A DNA stretch of 21,902 nucleotides, taken from Candidatus Micrarchaeota archaeon. Its GTDB lineage: Archaea; Iainarchaeota; Iainarchaeia; Iainarchaeales; JAGVWC01. The DNA lies in assembly GCA_043803815.1 (NCBI GenBank), contig JAZDJR010000027.1, positions 1-21,902 on the forward strand. Direction: 5' to 3'. The position numbers were made by a program, and so were the translations under genes. Each line of letters begins with the position of its first letter. Positions within the stretch are counted from its first letter, which is position 1. The notes under the pieces are model-generated. The model saw nothing but the letters and a program-made list of their open reading frames with translations, was not told where the DNA came from and did not search any database. Positions 17,086 to 21,902 of the stretch are shown one piece after another.

Positions 17086-18496
17086 TTTGATGGATTGCGC
17101 AAGCATGATTGTAAAGCACAGCGGCAAATATCTTTTGCAATTAAGAGACGATAATCCAGCCATTCCTTTCCCGAATACGTGGGGATTATTTGGCGGAAAA
17201 ATTGAGCCCAATGAAACGCCCGAAGAAGCGGTGTTCCGCGAGTTCAAAGAAGAGACCGGAATAGCCATTGATAAATTTTATTTTTATAAAAAAGCAGAAT
17301 TTGCCGACGGGAATGAATACCTGTTTTATACTCTCGATTATATTCCATTGCGGAGAATACAACTATCGGAAGGACAAAAAGCGGAGTACGTTGCAAAAAA
17401 CAAGCTTAAAAAACTGGGTTTTTGTTTGCATGACGGGGTTGATTTGGTTGATTTTGATGCTAATTTTTCTAAACGCCCCAAGGGCGCCCCCTTAAACAGG
17501 TATTCCCGGGTACGCGCATTACTATTTGAAAATAAGCTGCCGCTAGAAAATCAAAAAATGGGTGTGCAGCCATTACCTCAAGAAGCAGAGACTTTTTTCA
17601 AAAATTCCCATTTTTTTAGAAGGGGCATTTTTATCGGACAACGCGGATTTGAAGAGACACTTAAAGGAATAGGGAAGGGAGAAAAATTCGACGTAGTGGT
17701 TGGGGTTGCCGCTTCAGGACAGTTCCAACTTGGGGGAAAACTGGACATTACTGTGTTAAATTTTTTTAAGTCAAAAGGAATGCCGGTACATGTATGGATT
17801 CTTGATATCGACGGGTATATCGACAGGAAAAGAGTCCATTCCCCCATCGAAGCAAAAGCGTTTACTAAAAATTATATCAAAAATATCAAAAAACTCGGGC
17901 TAAGCGAGGACGATATCGTGATTCAAAGCCAAAAAGAGAGCGATTATTTTACGGATGCGTTATGCCTGTCCAAGGAAATAACGCTTAATACATTCTCAAA
18001 AACATACGGCCATTGCAATGCAGGATTCTTATTTTCTTCCTTGTTAATGTATTCAATGTTTTTTAATTATATTAAGCAAAAAAAGAAAGTGCTGGGCATC
18101 GGCGGAATAGAAGAGGATTCCCACGCCAGGATTTTGCGGGACATTTTACGGAAAAAATACGGCACGCCCGAAGGCATTTCTTTTTTATATTTCAAACACC
18201 AGGACAACCTTACAATCGGCAATGACCGGTTGAGCTCTTCACACCCCGAATCAACAATATTTTTTGACGAACCGGAAAGCGAAATCAGCCAAAAAATAAA
18301 TGCCGCATTCGAATACAAAGAAGACATAACAAAATGCAAAGTATTTGAATTTTACAAATATAACGAACCAAACGACCAAACACTTAATAAAATATTTGGG
18401 GACTGCGTTTCCAACAAACTGAATTGTAAAAACTGCAAAAAAACGGCAACGCAAATGGTTCTAAACATAATTAAACCAAAAATGGAAGAAGGATAA
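17072..18496 (+). CDS. Nudix hydrolase fused to a degenerate tryptophanyl-tRNA synthetase-like domain
   Basis: Intact Nudix box GKIEPNETPEEAVFREFKEETGI. The C-terminal ~310 aa aligns by eye with the downstream TrpRS (RG.F.G.R.F, ASG, LSK.IT..TYG, EDSH.RI.RD), but HIGH is QLGG and KMSKS is RLSSS. Confidence 0.85.
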   Translation: MNLDDLMDCASMIVKHSGKYLLQLRDDNPAIPFPNTWGLFGGKIEPNETPEEAVFREFKEETGIAIDKFYFYKKAEFADGNEYLFYTLDYIPLRRIQLSEGQKAEYVAKNKLKKLGFCLHDGVDLVDFDANFSKRPKGAPLNRYSRVRALLFENKLPLENQKMGVQPLPQEAETFFKNSHFFRRGIFIGQRGFEETLKGIGKGEKFDVVVGVAASGQFQLGGKLDITVLNFFKSKGMPVHVWILDIDGYIDRKRVHSPIEAKAFTKNYIKNIKKLGLSEDDIVIQSQKESDYFTDALCLSKEITLNTFSKTYGHCNAGFLFSSLLMYSMFFNYIKQKKKVLGIGGIEEDSHARILRDILRKKYGTPEGISFLYFKHQDNLTIGNDRLSSSHPESTIFFDEPESEISQKINAAFEYKEDITKCKVFEFYKYNEPNDQTLNKIFGDCVSNKLNCKNCKKTATQMVLNIIKPKMEEG

Positions 18497-18508
18497 AGGA
18501 GACTAAAA

Positions 18509-19603
18509 ATGAATTTAAACGCACTTTTAGAAGATAACCAAAAATTAGTAGACCGATTCGGCGCACAACGCATTCAAGACCTTTCAGACGTTCCGGATTT
18601 TTATACTTTTAAGAATGGACTTATTTTTTCCCATCGCGACTTTGACACATTTTATGCCGGATTAAAAAAAGGAAAAAGAAGCGCCATCGTTTCAGGCTTT
18701 AATGCCTCCGGAACTATGCATATCGGCCACAAAGCCGTTTTTGACACCAACCTATTTTTTCAAAAAAAATACGGTTTGCCCGTCTTTATTCCCATTTCAG
18801 ACGATGAGAGTTATGTTTCCGGAAAAGTTGAATCGCAGGAAGATGCACTAAAAAATTCGATGCAATTGGCAAAAGAAATGCTGGCGTACGGATTCGACCC
18901 TCAAAAAACGTATATTGTCATTGACCAGATTTATACAACGATTTATAATCTGGCCATAAAGCTATCGAAACGGCTAACAGTATCAGAAGTTCGGGCAACA
19001 TACGGGTATCGAATGGAAAATAATCCCGGATTATTTTTTTATCCTTGCATCCAAGCCGCCCACATCTTGCTTCCGTTGGAATCCTTCAATTTCGAGCAAA
19101 TATTGGTCCCAATAGGCCCTGACGAAGATAGTCACATTCGGATTTGCCGAGACTTGGCCGGAAGATTTGGATATGCAAAACCCGCCGTTCTTCATGTGGC
19201 TTTTATGCCCGGCACCGACGGTTCAAAAATGTCAAAATCACGAAACAACATGATCAACCTGCAAGACGACGAAAAAATCATTCGCAAACGAGTCAGCAAA
19301 GCATTCAGCGGGGGGGCCATCACAGTTGAGGAGCATCGAAAAAATGGCGGAGACCCAACCAAAGACATATCGTTTTTTTACCTTTCAAAATATTTTTTGA
19401 ATCAAAACGAAGCCAATAATCTCGCAAGCAAGTACCAAAACGGCGAACTATTAAGCGGGGAAATGAAAAAAATGCTGGCAGACAAACTGGTCGAGTTCAC
19501 CACCCAATTCAAAAAGAATCTTTCCCAAATCACCGAACAAGAAATCAAAAAAGTATTATTGTCAAAAAAAGAAACCGGGACAGAAACCCACGAGCCACAG
19601 TAA
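18509..19603 (+). CDS. trpS: Tryptophan--tRNA ligase (archaeal/eukaryote-like)
   Basis: HRDFD, SGTMHIGH (HIGH at 18719-18730), SDDE, YPCIQAA, KMSKS (19226-19240) and AFSGG..T.EEHRKNGGDP. AAGGAG SD. Confidence 0.92.
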   Translation: MNLNALLEDNQKLVDRFGAQRIQDLSDVPDFYTFKNGLIFSHRDFDTFYAGLKKGKRSAIVSGFNASGTMHIGHKAVFDTNLFFQKKYGLPVFIPISDDESYVSGKVESQEDALKNSMQLAKEMLAYGFDPQKTYIVIDQIYTTIYNLAIKLSKRLTVSEVRATYGYRMENNPGLFFYPCIQAAHILLPLESFNFEQILVPIGPDEDSHIRICRDLAGRFGYAKPAVLHVAFMPGTDGSKMSKSRNNMINLQDDEKIIRKRVSKAFSGGAITVEEHRKNGGDPTKDISFFYLSKYFLNQNEANNLASKYQNGELLSGEMKKMLADKLVEFTTQFKKNLSQITEQEIKKVLLSKKETGTETHEPQ

Positions 19604-19756
19604 CTGAATAGATAGCCGCACTTAAGCCACGGTCTTCCCTCGTATCAGTTCCAGATTTTTCCTCAAATAGTCCGCGAATTCGGTTTCGAGCAATACCTCA
19701 ACGCCGAAAAAATCGTTTGACCTGCAAAAAAAACCAAAAGAACAATGGAACAAGCA

Positions 19757-20638
19757 TTAAAGCAATTTGAACGGCGACGCAGCTCGCACTTCTTTTTTAT
19801 TTGGAAAGTATTCCGCAATTTTTTCATAGGCAAAACGGGCCAATTGGGGGTTGCGAAAAATCCGCACCGTTATATCCATTTTGGGCTGCTTTTTCATCAA
19901 ATGCTTGGAATAAAGCGAAAAAAGGTCCACTAAATTGTTGAGTTTTGAATACAAGTTTTCCAACATTTTTCGGGTTTCTTTCGAAAACTCGACTTCATAA
20001 TAATACGAACCTGAAGCGCCAAAATCCTTTTCGAACGTTGCTGTCGGGTCAATGTGAACCGAAAAACCTGCTTCCTCATACCGCTCTTTTACCCAACGGT
20101 CAAAGGGCAAATTTTCCCCAATCAAGACAAAAATCTTGCCAGACTGCACTTCTGCCATTTTATGCAGGAGCGAGAAATCCGTAAAACTAAATGACAATGG
20201 AAACCATGCGCCCCGAATGAAAGCTATTGCCGCTCCCTTTGGTTCCATGATTTTTCCCATTTGGATAAAAATTTTTGTCATTGAAACGCAAAAAACGGAA
20301 AAATTGTCAAAGTGCAATTCGGTTTGAGCCCCAAATTTTTTAGGAACCTTTTTGGCTCCCGAACGGGAAAGCTCTGCTTCCAAGTCCAAAGAAAACTTTT
20401 TTAGATTCAAAACCCAATCCAGGTCAAGGGCAAACTTCCTGTTTTCGAAAACCACGATTCCTTCAGATTCCAACTGCGAAAGCATCTTGTGAACCGCTTG
20501 ATACGAAAAACGCTCTCCCGATAACCGCTCCAATTCTACCTGAATTTCCTTGACAGAAAGCGGCCATTGTTTACTCAAAATCGAAACAATCAAGTCGCGC
20601 GAAGAGCCTTTCTTACCAGCCAAAGGAACCAAGACCAT
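19757..20638 (-). CDS. wHTH (YQxVHK family) regulator with an uncharacterised C-terminal domain
   Basis: SSRDLIVSILSKQWPLSVKEI..FSYQAVHKML..LDWV. Paralog of 20868-21737. Start taken at ATG 20638. Confidence 0.8.
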   Translation of the reverse strand: MVLVPLAGKKGSSRDLIVSILSKQWPLSVKEIQVELERLSGERFSYQAVHKMLSQLESEGIVVFENRKFALDLDWVLNLKKFSLDLEAELSRSGAKKVPKKFGAQTELHFDNFSVFCVSMTKIFIQMGKIMEPKGAAIAFIRGAWFPLSFSFTDFSLLHKMAEVQSGKIFVLIGENLPFDRWVKERYEEAGFSVHIDPTATFEKDFGASGSYYYEVEFSKETRKMLENLYSKLNNLVDLFSLYSKHLMKKQPKMDITVRIFRNPQLARFAYEKIAEYFPNKKEVRAASPFKLL

Positions 20639-20706
20639 AAATGCACAAGTGGACAAAAGGTGTTTAAAGCAGTTTTAATGCCTGCTACGACATTACGCTC
20701 TCGTTC

Positions 20707-20826
20707 AAAAGCAGTCGCTCGCTCAAAACCGAAACAACCGCATCCCGAGCAGACAAATTAGGCAAAACCAAACCCGAAAAAGAAAAACCAGCTGTCACTT
20801 TCCAACCGCCCTTTCCGACTGCTTTT
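20707..20826. repeat. 11-bp perfect inverted repeat, arms 98 bp apart
   Basis: aaaagcagtcg (20707-20717) and cgactgctttt (20816-20826) between the two wHTH paralogs. Confidence 0.4.
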
Positions 20827-20867
20827 TCTCCAACTCCAAAACCCACAAACGCAACGAATCCGCCAAT

Positions 20868-21737
20868 TCATGTGCTTGGTGATTTTGGACCATGCGTTTC
20901 CCAATACTTTTGGTAAAGCTTGATTCCTTCTTCTCTTAGGTTTCTTGCGAGCTCGGGATTTCTGGATATTACTACTTTGATTTGGCTTTTTTGCGTGTAA
21001 ATTTCAAACAATTTGGCTAAGTCAAAAGTATCAATATTTTTGGTTTTAGCAAAAATAGCATTTATTTTAGTCTTTAGTTCAAGAGGATAAAAAATCTGCG
21101 CTACATAATCCCCTTCCACTACAATATCCCCCTCAGCAGGGTAATTGACCCCATAAATCGATTTTTTCCCAAGTTTTACCACAAACTGGTTTCCATAGTG
21201 GTCTAGTGGCGTATTACCACGATACAGACCATAATAAGGAAGTTCAAAAATTCGCTTGATCTGCTCAAAATCTTTTTCGTCGGCGCCAATAGGCATCCAA
21301 GCGTGCATTAGCATTGCAATGCGCGGTTTTTTTTCAGGGTTTGGAAATTCCCAATTAAACTTATGAACAATAAACCGGATAGTCTCCAGCAAACTGTCAA
21401 AACGCAGGTTAATTATATCTTGATTTTGAAAATTCTTAAATGGGCTTTCTTGCGCATAGTTTTGACCGAGCTGTTCACTAAACGATTTGATTCGGCTAAT
21501 CCAATCTGAATTCAGGCAATACCCCTCTTCTCCCCTTACAACAACTTTTTCACTTACCAACAGACCAATCATTTTATGGACTGCTTGGTAAGTTGCAGAA
21601 ATAGCATACTCTGTTTTTGCAATCTGATGAATTTGCTTTAAAGACAAAGGCCAACGATTTGACAAAATGCTAATAATAGCATCTTTTGTGGAAAGTCCTT
21701 GAATTCCCAGTCCTGGCAGGGTTAAAGTAATGGACAT
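20868..21737 (-). CDS. wHTH (YQxVHK family) regulator with an uncharacterised C-terminal domain
   Basis: STKDAIISILSNRWPLSLKQI..TYQAVHKMI..LNSDWI. Shares HAW.P/GAW.P, N.P.D and RNP.LAR with 19757-20638. AGGAG SD. Confidence 0.85.
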   Translation of the reverse strand: MSITLTLPGLGIQGLSTKDAIISILSNRWPLSLKQIHQIAKTEYAISATYQAVHKMIGLLVSEKVVVRGEEGYCLNSDWISRIKSFSEQLGQNYAQESPFKNFQNQDIINLRFDSLLETIRFIVHKFNWEFPNPEKKPRIAMLMHAWMPIGADEKDFEQIKRIFELPYYGLYRGNTPLDHYGNQFVVKLGKKSIYGVNYPAEGDIVVEGDYVAQIFYPLELKTKINAIFAKTKNIDTFDLAKLFEIYTQKSQIKVVISRNPELARNLREEGIKLYQKYWETHGPKSPST

Positions 21738-21783
21738 AGCGCTCCTACAATAGAAGCTACCTGTTTGGTGACAGCGCTTATGT

Positions 21784-21815
21784 CCCCACCTTAAACGTTG
21801 TTTAAGGGTGTGGGG
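21784..21815. promoter_or_regulatory. Inverted repeat in a divergent promoter region
   Basis: ccttaaac-gtt-gtttaagg core (21789-21807), extended by ccccac/gtgggg. Contains TTTAA TATA-like boxes on both strands. Confidence 0.5.
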
Positions 21816-21851
21816 CCTCCGTTTTTTAGCTCAAAATGGAGGTTTCCCACT

Positions 21852-21902
21852 ATGAAGTACTCGGAAGATATTGTTGAAAAACTAGTCGCCAGACTGGCTT
21901 CT
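21852..21902 (+). CDS. 5' end of a gene running off the window (unknown product)
   Basis: GGAGGT SD at 21838-21843, ATG 21852, MKYSEDIVEKLVARLAS... Confidence 0.65.
   Translation, partial: MKYSEDIVEKLVARLAS

Noticed and set aside
1-21902. tRNA, rRNA, CRISPR array, integrase or transposase
   Set aside because: I saw no cloverleaf-like sequence, spaced repeat array or recombinase/transposase motif. No covariance-model search was run.

Overview
Archaeal genomic window, probably DPANN (inference). The archaeal-type LeuRS and TrpRS, deoxyhypusine synthase and GGTGA/AGGAG ribosome-binding sites point to Archaea. Two housekeeping genes (dys, leuS) sit among accessory genes. These comprise a truncated prolyl-aminopeptidase/methyltransferase fusion, a HAM1-family pyrophosphatase lacking its SHR motif, a GT2-radical SAM-hydrolase operon, two adenylate kinase paralogs, a CYTH protein, a nucleotide pyrophosphatase, an AbiE-like toxin-antitoxin pair, a truncated ABC-2 permease and three paralogous 'YQxVHK' winged-helix proteins. 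The best candidate for a new system is the four-gene operon at 15090-19603: Gfo/Idh/MocA dehydrogenase, DegT aminotransferase, a Nudix hydrolase fused to a degenerate TrpRS that keeps a C-x22-C-x6-C-x2-C Fe-S motif, and an intact TrpRS. Its enzyme families match the Pur10/Pur4/Pur7 core of puromycin biosynthesis, which suggests an aminoacyl-3'-aminonucleoside pathway using a tRNA synthetase as the ligase (hypothesis). A palindromic TCAAC-N6-GTTGA site precedes this operon and recurs next to a small wHTH gene.
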